From assembly GCA_949283535.1 (NCBI GenBank), contig CASDTC010000001.1:8540-72539 (forward strand): a stretch of DNA of 64,000 nt. The letters run 5' to 3'. The notes beneath the pieces are model-generated. The model was not told where the DNA came from. It saw only the letters and a list, made by a program, of their open reading frames with translations, and did not search any database. The stretch is from an uncultured Pseudomonadota bacterium. Its GTDB lineage: Bacteria > Pseudomonadota > Alphaproteobacteria > Rs-D84. How positions within the stretch are numbered: position 1 is the first letter of the stretch; each line of letters starts with the position of its first letter. Below are positions 28,855 through 38,293 of this stretch, piece after piece. The translations under genes and the position numbers were made by a program.

Positions 28855-29376
28855 ATGCAAGAAAATAAACCTGTATTGATTGTCGGATTGGGAAACCCGG
28901 GGTCGCAATATGTCCGTACGCGGCATAATGTTGGATTTATTGCGGTTCATTATTTTGTGCCTGAAAATGCGGTGTGGCGCCGTGAACATGATGCTTTGAC
29001 ATATTCTGAAAATATTGATGGGCGGCGTGTAATATTTGCGTTGCCCCAGACATATATGAATAACAGCGGTATCGCGGTTGGTGCGCTAATGCGGTTTTAT
29101 AAAATTCCATTGGAAAATTTAATAGTTATTCATGATGATATGGATTTAAAAGTTGGTACTGTACGTGAAAAAATTGGCGGTGGCAGTGCGGGTCATAATG
29201 GTATAAAATCAATTGATGCCGCGGTTGGTGCCGAATATCGCAGAATTCGAATCGGTATTGGGCATCCGCGTGATATGGGATTGCTAATAAATCCAGCGGA
29301 TTGGGTGTTAGGGCGCTTTGATAAAACAGAATTATCCGAAATTGTTGCCGCAATATCAAAAATAAAACTGTTTTAA
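28855..29376 (+). CDS. pth: Peptidyl-tRNA hydrolase
   Basis: LIVGLGNPGSQYVRTRHNVGF..GGGSAGHNGIKSI. Confidence 0.9.
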   Translation: MQENKPVLIVGLGNPGSQYVRTRHNVGFIAVHYFVPENAVWRREHDALTYSENIDGRRVIFALPQTYMNNSGIAVGALMRFYKIPLENLIVIHDDMDLKVGTVREKIGGGSAGHNGIKSIDAAVGAEYRRIRIGIGHPRDMGLLINPADWVLGRFDKTELSEIVAAISKIKLF

Positions 29377-29398
29377 ATCATTTATTATTTTAATTATT

Positions 29399-32300
29399 TT
29401 ATTCCCAACTGACAATCCATGATGTTGGCGATGTTATAGTGCAACTGTTTCCATTTCCGCCCCATGCATTTTGGTTATCATACTGCTGGATGCACTCATC
29501 ACCATTGGAATCACGATAAAAGTTCTTTGGGTATGGTGTTACGGGATCTTCAATGGTATTGTCTTCATAGCGTGGGGTTAAATATGTTCCTGATTTTGAT
29601 ACCTGTACATATTTGCCGCCGTTGCAATTTACGGTTCGCCCCGATGGAAAATCGTCTTGTGTTTCTGAACCTTCAACATTGCCACCAATGCATAATATAT
29701 ATGTAAGATCATTGCCAGAACCGTATGCAGCGACAAATGTTATGTTTGTGTTGGACGGTGGCAGGCATAAACCAGCTTCAGGCATGTTTGTGGTATTGGA
29801 ATTGAAATATGCAGAATTTGTATCCCAATTTAGCCCTTTTATTTCTGTGTCTGTTGTACCATTAATACAGCATTTTCCAGATGTATCTGTTGAACCAACG
29901 GTGCTTTGGTCTCTTTCTGTGGCGGCGCAACAATTGTCCATACCATTTTCATCAATTGCGTTGGTTCGCAGATATGGTGGAACGGGACAATACCATCCGT
30001 CATCAGAGAGTTCACTATTTGAAATGCATATAGTTATACCGTCAACCAGATCTGGTATATAACCCGGTCCGCATGATGTATCACGACAGCTGTCAACATC
30101 ATCTTGGGTATTTGTATTCTTGGCAAACCACGATAACAGGGTGTCGGTGGATTTATCGTCTGGCATTTTAATTCTGTTATGTGAATTTTCTGCGGATAAA
30201 TTTGCTGTTGGATGGGTTTCGCAATTGCCCCATATGCTTTCCGCAATGCGGCATACATGACATTCATTAGAGTTTGGATTTGTGGCGCAATATTCGCTGG
30301 CACAAATGTCATAAATACATTCTTCGTTGTCGGATGTTATGCAGATTGTTTTCAGTCCTTCGTCTGTGCCATCTGTTGTGATATATTGTTCTGATGGATT
30401 GATACCATACATTTGTTCATAGAATTTTCCGTCTATTATTGTTCCGTTGGCAACCAATTGCGCTGTTATTTGGTCAATTGCATCGGCGCCGGCACTGGCA
30501 ACACAATTATATACTTCGTCCCAACATGCCGTGCGGTTAATAATAGATTTTCTGTTAACGGATGTTTGAATATTTTCACACAGACCAAAATTACCAGATA
30601 TAGATTTACATGATTGTATTATACAATTGCGACCAACTTCGCGGCATGTTTGTAATATTGTTTCATATGTTTTGTCATTTGCAATTTCTGTCATGCCAGA
30701 TGACCAATCAGTTCCACCGTCAACTGTATCCAATAATGCGGTGCAGGATGCCTGGACTTCGGCACACATTTGTTTTACGGTTTTATCTGCGGCAACACCA
30801 AATATAGATAGTGCACGGGCATCGAAATCTTCCAGTGATTCTGCGGCGTCAGATAAGCATTGGGCGGTTAATGTGGTGCATGACTGGCGAACTTCTTCCA
30901 GTTTGGCATCTTGTGCCAATTTTATTTGCGCCAATGCATCATCAATAAATTGATCCCATACTGTGTCGGCAATATCTTCGCAATTTTCAGTTGCAGATTC
31001 CAAGAACATCTTTTTAGAATTTAAGTATGATACAAATTTTTCGTTGCCGGGTGCGCTGGTCCATGTTTGGTTGCCAGATGGGCGGGTAATCAAACTGCCC
31101 AGGTTGACCAAGTTTGATGTTAATATTGCTTCACCGGTTGATGGGTCAATATATTGACCACTGATATCCAAACATTTTTCCAGATTTTCACCACATACAG
31201 ATGTACTGCTTAACATATCCAGCATTTTGCGTTTGCATGTTAAAATATCATCAGAATTGCGGGTCTGGTAATCGTCCAGACGCGACATATCCAGTAATGC
31301 ACTGCTTTCCAGTATTTGTTCGCGTGCCTGGTTTTGTTGTGTTTGATATGTCTTGGCAACGGTATTGCAATCTTGTTCAATTAACATTTGATATCCGCTT
31401 TCTGCGATGGATAATTCATTGGTGGTGCAAACCTCCATCGCCATTTCGCGACATACTGGTAATGCCGCGTTATATAAATCTGTTCCAGATTTTGCAGTCG
31501 TTGATGTGCCGGATAAAGAATCCAAACTGTCAAATGCTGCATCTGTATTCAATGATAACGATATAGGGGCCAGGTTTGCATCAAAACTGCTGGTGTCGAA
31601 TGTAGTATTTAATTTGTCGGCAATTTCATCCAATAATTTTTTTGAATCGGATGTGTCGTCTTGGTTAAATGCGATTTCGCCTTCGGTTGCCTGGTATAAT
31701 GCTTCGGCGTCTTCTTTATCCATATTAACGGTCAACAAGCGTTGGCTGAAATCTAACAGTTTGTCTTCCACTTCTGCCAGTTGGGCTTTGACATCATCAA
31801 ATTCATTCGCACGGGCAGAACATGCACAGCGTTTTAATTGACTGTCTTTATTGGCACAGAATTCGTCCATGCAATTATAAAATACATTGCGGCATGTGGT
31901 GTAATCACGGTTTATTATTTCTTCGGCAGTTATTGCCGCACGCGATATACGCGCGCCAGATGTCGCACTGCGCGCGGTGGTGTTTTTTGCAGGGGTGGTT
32001 ATTGTGCGCGCAGATGTTGCCGCACGCGATATCGTTGATGTTGTACCATTGTCGCGTGCATTTGATGTGGTTGTTGTAATGGTTCGACTGCCAGGGCGCG
32101 TGGCATTTGTTGTTGCGGTGCGTGCGCTGGATACAGATGGTACAGATATCACACCAGATTTATTAACCGTTGCACGGGGCATAACATTTGATGTCGTGCG
32201 CGCAGATACGGCCTGTGATGTGTTTTCTGTTGTGGTGCGTGTGCCACTGTCGCGAACAACAACACTAGTGCGCGCAGTCGTTGTGCGTTCGCGTACATTT

Positions 32301-32530
32301 TGCGTCGTTTCTGTATTTTGTTGGCGCGTTGTTGCGCGCGATATTCCCGATATTGCATTTGCGCGTGATGATATGGACGCGGTACCAGATTCACCACGAT
32401 TTGACACGACTGTTGTCGCCGCGCTGCGTCGCGTGGCCGCGCGTGCCATATCGGCATCATCGTTCGCATATGCGCATTGAATTCCAATAAACGCAATGCA
32501 TGTCGCCAAAAATAATTTGATTCCTTTCAT
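29399..32530 (-). CDS. Giant cysteine-rich exported protein (1043 aa), third paralog of the 1..3591 family
   Basis: Signal peptide MKGIKLFLATCIAFIGIQCAYA, then about 190 aa of T/S/R/A-rich low complexity. Family motifs are YNCMDEFC..CACS, CGENLEKC and ECHVCRIAESIWGNCET. The C-terminal extension contains SCGPGYI. Confidence 0.75.
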   Translation of the reverse strand: MKGIKLFLATCIAFIGIQCAYANDDADMARAATRRSAATTVVSNRGESGTASISSRANAISGISRATTRQQNTETTQNVRERTTTARTSVVVRDSGTRTTTENTSQAVSARTTSNVMPRATVNKSGVISVPSVSSARTATTNATRPGSRTITTTTSNARDNGTTSTISRAATSARTITTPAKNTTARSATSGARISRAAITAEEIINRDYTTCRNVFYNCMDEFCANKDSQLKRCACSARANEFDDVKAQLAEVEDKLLDFSQRLLTVNMDKEDAEALYQATEGEIAFNQDDTSDSKKLLDEIADKLNTTFDTSSFDANLAPISLSLNTDAAFDSLDSLSGTSTTAKSGTDLYNAALPVCREMAMEVCTTNELSIAESGYQMLIEQDCNTVAKTYQTQQNQAREQILESSALLDMSRLDDYQTRNSDDILTCKRKMLDMLSSTSVCGENLEKCLDISGQYIDPSTGEAILTSNLVNLGSLITRPSGNQTWTSAPGNEKFVSYLNSKKMFLESATENCEDIADTVWDQFIDDALAQIKLAQDAKLEEVRQSCTTLTAQCLSDAAESLEDFDARALSIFGVAADKTVKQMCAEVQASCTALLDTVDGGTDWSSGMTEIANDKTYETILQTCREVGRNCIIQSCKSISGNFGLCENIQTSVNRKSIINRTACWDEVYNCVASAGADAIDQITAQLVANGTIIDGKFYEQMYGINPSEQYITTDGTDEGLKTICITSDNEECIYDICASEYCATNPNSNECHVCRIAESIWGNCETHPTANLSAENSHNRIKMPDDKSTDTLLSWFAKNTNTQDDVDSCRDTSCGPGYIPDLVDGITICISNSELSDDGWYCPVPPYLRTNAIDENGMDNCCAATERDQSTVGSTDTSGKCCINGTTDTEIKGLNWDTNSAYFNSNTTNMPEAGLCLPPSNTNITFVAAYGSGNDLTYILCIGGNVEGSETQDDFPSGRTVNCNGGKYVQVSKSGTYLTPRYEDNTIEDPVTPYPKNFYRDSNGDECIQQYDNQNAWGGNGNSCTITSPTSWIVSWE

Positions 32531-32601
32531 CCTGTATATGTGAATGGTAGCAAATTTTTAAAAAGCCGGGCAAGTATATTTTACTTATTCTTTATATATT
32601 T

Positions 32602-32685
32602 TGGTGCGGACGGGGGGACTTGAACCCCCAAGGTTTTACCCACAGCATCCTTAGTGCTGCGCGTTTACCGTTTCGCCACGCCCGC
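32602..32685 (-). tRNA. tRNA-Leu with anticodon AAG (type II)
   Basis: Manual fold: acceptor GCGGGCG/CGTCCGC, D arm with GG, anticodon stem CAGCA/TGCTG, loop C-T-A-A-G-G-A, 13-nt variable arm, T arm GGGGG-TTCAAGT-CCCCC, A73, CCA. Confidence 0.8.
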
Positions 32686-32784
32686 ATTCGCGGCACGGCG
32701 GCACTTCACTTCGCTGCGTAGTCGCCACGCCCGCATTCGCGGCACGGCGGCACTTCACTTCGCTGCGTAGTCGCCACGCCCGCA
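32673..32784. repeat. 49-bp tandem repeat (2 identical copies plus 14 nt) that begins inside the 5' end of tRNA-Leu(AAG)
   Basis: tcgccacgcccgcattcgcggcacggcggcacttcacttcgctgcgtag occurs at 32673..32721 and 32722..32770, with a partial copy at 32771..32784. Confidence 0.9.
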
Positions 32785-32872
32785 GTGTGTAAAATTTTAC
32801 AAGAAGCAGTTTTTTTTTCAACCAATTTATGATAGAATATTTGTTGATAATAAAAATGTAGGGGATAAAAAT

Positions 32873-34336
32873 ATGAGAAAAGCATCCTTGTTTATATTGG
32901 CGTTTTTACCATTTGCGGCACATGCGGCGGGAACATATTATACCGGCGCATATCAATCGCCACAGACGCGTTATTCAACACAAACATATGCCCAGCGTCA
33001 AACAGGCTATAACCGCAGTTATACAACGCCATCGTATGCCAGTACGCGGTATAATACCACGGCAACACAAAATGCTGCAAATAATACAACGCAACGCGTT
33101 GCAACCAATACTACGCAAGCACAGTCATCAAAAAAATCTGGATTTTGGTTGGATGCGGGAATTACGCATGAAATGGCGCAATGGCAATTTAGTATGAATC
33201 AATCGGGCAGTATTTTAAGTTATGATAATATTGCATGGAATGTTTTGGATGTTAGTGCTGGTTATGCATTCGATGTTGGCAGTACTACTTTACAAGTTGA
33301 TGCCGGATTTAAATACGGTATGCAATGGGGCGAAAACGCCATGTATGATGATGATATTACAAATGGTGGATATTTGGTTACATCATGGACAGGTGATGTT
33401 AATGATGATCAAGAAGCAGACAGTGGTACATTTGATCAGATTGGGCATGCGATGTCAATCGGTACCAGCCAGGGCGGAAATATGATGGAATTTAATGTGG
33501 GCTTTGGTTTGACAGATGTGTTTAAGATTGGAAATATGTCGATTACACCATCGGTTGGATATCGCTACTTAAAATATAAACTGGAAACAGAAAAGAACTA
33601 TGGTTTGGCGGTTGATACGCATGCGTGTTTCGAAATTGATGGTGAAATTCAATGTGATCCGGCATTGATATTTAATTTTGATAATGGAAACCAGGCGATT
33701 ATTTGGCGTGATGATATAACTGTGCCTGTAAAAATTCCAGATGGGTCAACCAGTGTTGATACGGCAGGAACATATTATTATCAACAGCCGGGGGTCAGCC
33801 ATTCTTATGAAACAACATGGGCGGGACCATATATTGCATTAGATATGGATTATATCATTAATCAAAATAATGCAGTAAATGGACATATAGAATTAGGATT
33901 CCCAGGATATACATCCGAAGGTGATCAGCCATATCGTTTTGACTGGGCGCATCCAAAAAGTGTCGAAGACGAAGCAGGTATGTTCAGTGCATTCCATTTT
34001 GGTTTGGGGGCGAATTGGACAACGGCAATAACAGATGCAGTTGCATTATCAATTGGATTGACATATGATTACTATACCGTCAGTGGCGCGGATGCAAAAA
34101 CATACTTGAATGAATCGTACTATACAGATATGTATAATGCGATATTAAATCAAGAAGGTGCGCCGTGGCAGGGAAATGAAACAGCAATGTTGGATCCAGA
34201 AACGGGCAGTCCAACCGCAATAAATATCAAGGCGTTGGAAGAACAATGCCCCGGATGGGTTTGTTCAACGGGCGGTGAAGTAGATTCTTTCTATAAGGCA
34301 CTGGGGATACGTGTTGGTATAAATGCAAAGTTTTAA
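32873..34336 (+). CDS. Outer-membrane beta-barrel protein with T/Q/Y/R-rich N-terminal region
   Basis: Signal peptide MRKASLFILAFLPFAAHA. After a low-complexity stretch come many amphipathic strands, and the terminal beta-signal is GIRVGINAKF. Confidence 0.7.
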   Translation: MRKASLFILAFLPFAAHAAGTYYTGAYQSPQTRYSTQTYAQRQTGYNRSYTTPSYASTRYNTTATQNAANNTTQRVATNTTQAQSSKKSGFWLDAGITHEMAQWQFSMNQSGSILSYDNIAWNVLDVSAGYAFDVGSTTLQVDAGFKYGMQWGENAMYDDDITNGGYLVTSWTGDVNDDQEADSGTFDQIGHAMSIGTSQGGNMMEFNVGFGLTDVFKIGNMSITPSVGYRYLKYKLETEKNYGLAVDTHACFEIDGEIQCDPALIFNFDNGNQAIIWRDDITVPVKIPDGSTSVDTAGTYYYQQPGVSHSYETTWAGPYIALDMDYIINQNNAVNGHIELGFPGYTSEGDQPYRFDWAHPKSVEDEAGMFSAFHFGLGANWTTAITDAVALSIGLTYDYYTVSGADAKTYLNESYYTDMYNAILNQEGAPWQGNETAMLDPETGSPTAINIKALEEQCPGWVCSTGGEVDSFYKALGIRVGINAKF

Positions 34337-34343
34337 TTAAAAG

Positions 34344-34955
34344 ATGAATTTGAAAAAGTTATTGTTTGTAATGATTTGTGCAATCGCGCCATTGGGCGCG
34401 ATTGCGGGCGATTTGTCGGGGGTGGCGTCTGTCAGTGTTACCAGTGAAACCGCCGCAATGGCAAAAGATATGGCGTTTGATGAGGCGCGCCGTCAAATTA
34501 TCAAAGATGTATTGGGACAATATGCAAATGTGGAACAATTAGTGGGGGTATTGCAAAACACAAAAAATTCAGAACTGACAAATTTAATCGCATCTTCGTC
34601 TATTGACAGTGAACAGCAATCTGATACAACATATTCTGCAAATATTTCAATGACGGTTAATCGTGATGCAGCGCGGGCGTGGCTGACGGAAAATAATGTT
34701 CAAAATTGGCTGACGGATGGTATTTCTGGTGATGTTTTTGTTGCCCAGATTGTAATGTCTGATAGATTGGCGGGGTGGATGGAATTAAATCAAATCGCCA
34801 GAAATGAGGATATTGTAATGACAACAAAATATATAAATGGAAATCAAATAACGGTTGAAATTCCTGTTGCTAGTCGTGCGGATTTTACAATTGCTGTACG
34901 CGAGGCAGGATGGCGATATTCTGACCAGAATGGGATATTGCGTATTGTGAAATAA
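34344..34955 (+). CDS. Exported hypothetical protein (203 aa)
   Basis: Signal peptide MNLKKLLFVMICAIAPLGAIAG. The gene is 7 nt downstream of the previous gene. Confidence 0.6.
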   Translation: MNLKKLLFVMICAIAPLGAIAGDLSGVASVSVTSETAAMAKDMAFDEARRQIIKDVLGQYANVEQLVGVLQNTKNSELTNLIASSSIDSEQQSDTTYSANISMTVNRDAARAWLTENNVQNWLTDGISGDVFVAQIVMSDRLAGWMELNQIARNEDIVMTTKYINGNQITVEIPVASRADFTIAVREAGWRYSDQNGILRIVK

Positions 34956-34964
34956 TGTATCAAA

Positions 34965-35861
34965 TTGGTTTATGACTTGAAAGCTTTTTCTGTATTTTTA
35001 TTGTTTCTGGGGTTGCCTGTTATGGCGATGGCTGATGATACGGTGGGTGTTAAATCTTTATTCGGCGTGTCGCATGATGACAGTAAATTGCAATTGTCTG
35101 TTCGCAGAATTGGGCTGGATTGGTCGAAAACCCAGGTGCGAAATGCCGCAGAATACCAGGATTCGCCTGTGTCTGCATTAAATGCAACCAGTCAAGATTA
35201 TATCAAAGGTGTTTTTGATACCATACTGGAATATACAAAAAATAAATTTAAGTGGGATAATAGTTTATTTATGGAATATGGCAAAACAACTTTAAAGCCA
35301 TATAATGCGCCCGCGACCACAGATGAAAATGCCGATAAAATTTTGTTTTCCAGTGATTTGTCGTATGCATGCTGGGATTTTTCAGGGCTAAAATTTGGTC
35401 CAACTGTTCGTGCGGCGTATGAAACACAATTTGCAGACAGTGCAGAATCGCCACGGCAAAATATTATTCGTTCCAGTGCTGGTATTTCTTTGTTTGATCA
35501 TAAAATTATAAAAAGCCTGTATTTAACAGGTATACACGAATATGATTTCACATATGCAGGGGCACAAAACAGTAAAATTGGTGCAGAATTTGGTTGGCGT
35601 TTAGAATATCCTGTTCGTGATGGGGTTAAATTTTCTGCTGATGGTTATTATCGTGAATATTTTTCTTATTCTCGTTATGTCGGTACGGATTTAGAAAGGG
35701 ATTTAAGTGCAGTTGTGCGTTTGGATACAAATTTATGGGGGGATTTTACAATGGGACCATATGTTCAATATCGTTTGGCACGCGCCCGCGGTGCAGAACA
35801 TTATGGCAGTAATTTAATATTTGGAATTTCTTTTAATTATATTACAAAATTTTTATTATAA
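34965..35861 (+). CDS. Exported protein, probable outer-membrane beta-barrel
   Basis: Non-ATG start (TTG at 34965 or 34977). Signal-like LKAFSVFLLFLGLPVMAMA; aromatic-rich alternating pattern throughout. Confidence 0.5.
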   Translation: MVYDLKAFSVFLLFLGLPVMAMADDTVGVKSLFGVSHDDSKLQLSVRRIGLDWSKTQVRNAAEYQDSPVSALNATSQDYIKGVFDTILEYTKNKFKWDNSLFMEYGKTTLKPYNAPATTDENADKILFSSDLSYACWDFSGLKFGPTVRAAYETQFADSAESPRQNIIRSSAGISLFDHKIIKSLYLTGIHEYDFTYAGAQNSKIGAEFGWRLEYPVRDGVKFSADGYYREYFSYSRYVGTDLERDLSAVVRLDTNLWGDFTMGPYVQYRLARARGAEHYGSNLIFGISFNYITKFLL

Positions 35862-35895
35862 TTAATTTTATATTGTTGGCAAAATGTTCCTGTAT

Positions 35896-38268
35896 TTATT
35901 TCACAACGCTGAATTTTATGCTGGTTCCTGTGCCCATTTCGTCAATTATTTTTATAATATGATCGCCCATTGGAACTGTATGACGAAATGTTTCGCCAGA
36001 TGTACCCGTGTGAATTAATTTATCATCCAAGAACCAAAACATTTTTGCGTCTGTTATGTCTGATATGGCGCGGAATGCTATATCTTCATAATCTTTATCA
36101 GATGTTATTACGGTTCGTGTGCCGTCAATTGGTGACATTATCACAGGTGGATTACGGTGTGCGGCGATATCGTCTAAATTACATCCAGGCATAAATGGTG
36201 GTGGGGTGTTGCGATGGATGCCGGCGCGTTGAAACATATCCAGATATTCGGCATCCCAAAATTCATATATGCGCATTTTGGTCGTTTTGGGATTCCTGGT
36301 GCATGCGCGCAGCCCTGTTTTTATATCAATTGGAACCGCACGATAAATTGTTGATGTTTCAATTGGCGATTTGCCAGGAATAAAATATGCCATTGTTGTT
36401 TTAGGACAATATTTCCCCGCCAATCCACCAACACCATCGCACATTTCTATTTCTGATATATTTAAATCATTGCGCCAGAAATTATTATTTTTTATTGGAT
36501 GACCGTGTGTTGCATAATATTTTTCAACTGTGCGCGCCAATGAAAAATATATTGGTGCCGCGGTTTTTGCACCACTGAATGCATTATTTGGGGTGCCGTC
36601 AAAATTACCAACCCAAACAATTAACACAAAATCACCAAATATTCCCGCGGTCCATGCATCGCGAAATGATGATGATGTGCCAGTTTTCCAATAATGACGC
36701 AGTGTATTTGTTTGCTGCTTTGCAAATGGAATATTTTTTGTTGGGGTTGATTGGCGTGCCAACATGTCCATTACTATAAAAAATGCTTCTGGACTTAATA
36801 TTTGTTTCCTGGTGTTTGATTGTGTGGCGGTTTCTGTGTGAATCCCGTGGCGTAGCCCCAGGTTTGCCATTGTTGCATATATATCCGCCAGTTCCAACAT
36901 TGATACTTCGGCGCCGCCCAATGCAACAGATATTCCGTAATAGTCGGGCGATTTCAGATTTGATACACCGGATTCAGATAATATTTTATAGAAATTTTTG
37001 GTTCCTATTTTCTTTAATAAATTGATTGCCGGAATATTTCGCGAATGTGTCAGGGCATCCCGCGCCAATACTGGACCATAAAATTCGCTGTCGGCGTTTT
37101 CCGGGGCATATACACCGAAATTTATTTTTGCATCTTTTAACAATGTCATCGAATGTATAAATCCCATGTCAACTGCTGTTGCGTATATTAATGGTTTCAG
37201 GGTTGAACCAGGACTGCGGCGTGCGCGAACACCATCGTTTTCGCCATATATTGATTTATCAAAATAATTAACAGAACCAATATATGATAATACATCCATC
37301 GTTTTATAATTTAATAAAATTGCCGCAGCATTTTGCACACCGATACTGTGGCGGCGTGCGATTTCATTTGATAATGTGCGTTCCATGGCAGATTGTAAAT
37401 CTGTGTCCAGTGTTGTTCGAACCGCCCAATTATGCGGACCCATATCGTTCCAATAATTATTATATTTTGCGGATACATAATTAACAAAATGTGGTGCGCG
37501 AAACGGTAATTTCTGTGTCGTGCGGGCATTTAACGGCATTTGTGCCAGTGTTGCCAGGGTGGCATCTTCTGGGTTTTGTTCAATCCAGCGCCGAACCAGG
37601 TCTGTACGCATGTTCATTATATTCTGGATACCTGTTTTGGTGTTCAGACCGCGTTTTATCGGATTTTGTGGGATTGTTGCCAGGGTAATGGATTCAATTT
37701 TTGATAATTCAGATGCGGGTTTATTAAAGTATATTAATGATGCGGCACCAATGCTTTCGATATTACCACCATATGGTGCCAGGTTTAAATATGCTTCTAA
37801 AATTTCGTCTTTGGAATAAAACATATCGATATAAATTGCCGCGGCAATTTGTTTCAGTTTTCCCCAGATTTGTCGTGTATCCATGTCGTATTTCATGCGG
37901 GCAACCTGCATCGTTATGGTTGATGCACCAATTTGTCGGGCGGCGTCAGCAGAAAAATAGTTCTTTGCTGCCCGAACCAATGCGATTGGGTTTATCCCGG
38001 GATGATATTTAAAATATTTGTCTTCATATAAAATTGTTGCCTGTTGTAATGTTTGGCTGATTTCGGATAATGGTGTATACAGACGATATTTTTCATCTGC
38101 GGTCAGTGTTATACGCATTAATTCCCCATTTCTGTCCAGGTATGCGCGACCAAAGTGCGTATCGGATAACAGTGGTGGGGTGAAAAAGAGTTTTATTATT
38201 ATGTATGCAATTACAAATATTGCAATTATTGTAAATAAAATCCAATGACGGCGAATGTATGCCGTCAT
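35896..38268 (-). CDS. pbpC: Penicillin-binding protein 1C (start uncertain: 38268, 38310 or 38313)
   Basis: N-terminal TM segment; glycosyltransferase motifs ILYEDKYFKYHPGINP and STITMQVAR; transpeptidase SxxK (GSTLKP); C-terminal PbpC-type domain. Confidence 0.85.
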   Translation of the reverse strand: MTAYIRRHWILFTIIAIFVIAYIIIKLFFTPPLLSDTHFGRAYLDRNGELMRITLTADEKYRLYTPLSEISQTLQQATILYEDKYFKYHPGINPIALVRAAKNYFSADAARQIGASTITMQVARMKYDMDTRQIWGKLKQIAAAIYIDMFYSKDEILEAYLNLAPYGGNIESIGAASLIYFNKPASELSKIESITLATIPQNPIKRGLNTKTGIQNIMNMRTDLVRRWIEQNPEDATLATLAQMPLNARTTQKLPFRAPHFVNYVSAKYNNYWNDMGPHNWAVRTTLDTDLQSAMERTLSNEIARRHSIGVQNAAAILLNYKTMDVLSYIGSVNYFDKSIYGENDGVRARRSPGSTLKPLIYATAVDMGFIHSMTLLKDAKINFGVYAPENADSEFYGPVLARDALTHSRNIPAINLLKKIGTKNFYKILSESGVSNLKSPDYYGISVALGGAEVSMLELADIYATMANLGLRHGIHTETATQSNTRKQILSPEAFFIVMDMLARQSTPTKNIPFAKQQTNTLRHYWKTGTSSSFRDAWTAGIFGDFVLIVWVGNFDGTPNNAFSGAKTAAPIYFSLARTVEKYYATHGHPIKNNNFWRNDLNISEIEMCDGVGGLAGKYCPKTTMAYFIPGKSPIETSTIYRAVPIDIKTGLRACTRNPKTTKMRIYEFWDAEYLDMFQRAGIHRNTPPPFMPGCNLDDIAAHRNPPVIMSPIDGTRTVITSDKDYEDIAFRAISDITDAKMFWFLDDKLIHTGTSGETFRHTVPMGDHIIKIIDEMGTGTSIKFSVVK

Positions 38269-38293
38269 GGATTTTAATATTTGTAAAAATTTG

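Noticed and set aside
31977-32480. A 167-aa plus-strand ORF rich in Val/Arg/Ala.
   Set aside because: It is antisense to the G+C-richer S/T/R low-complexity region of the 29399..32530 gene. Its openness follows from the repeat composition.
32673-32784. Possible CRISPR array.
   Set aside because: The 49-bp units are identical over their full length with no variable spacers, and there are only about 2.3 copies. They overlap a tRNA, and no cas genes are nearby.
32873-34336. Assignment of the 487-aa barrel to the omptin protease family.
   Set aside because: There is only loose strand-level resemblance, and the Asp-x-Asp and Asp-x-His catalytic pairs could not be located. It is reported only as a generic outer-membrane barrel.
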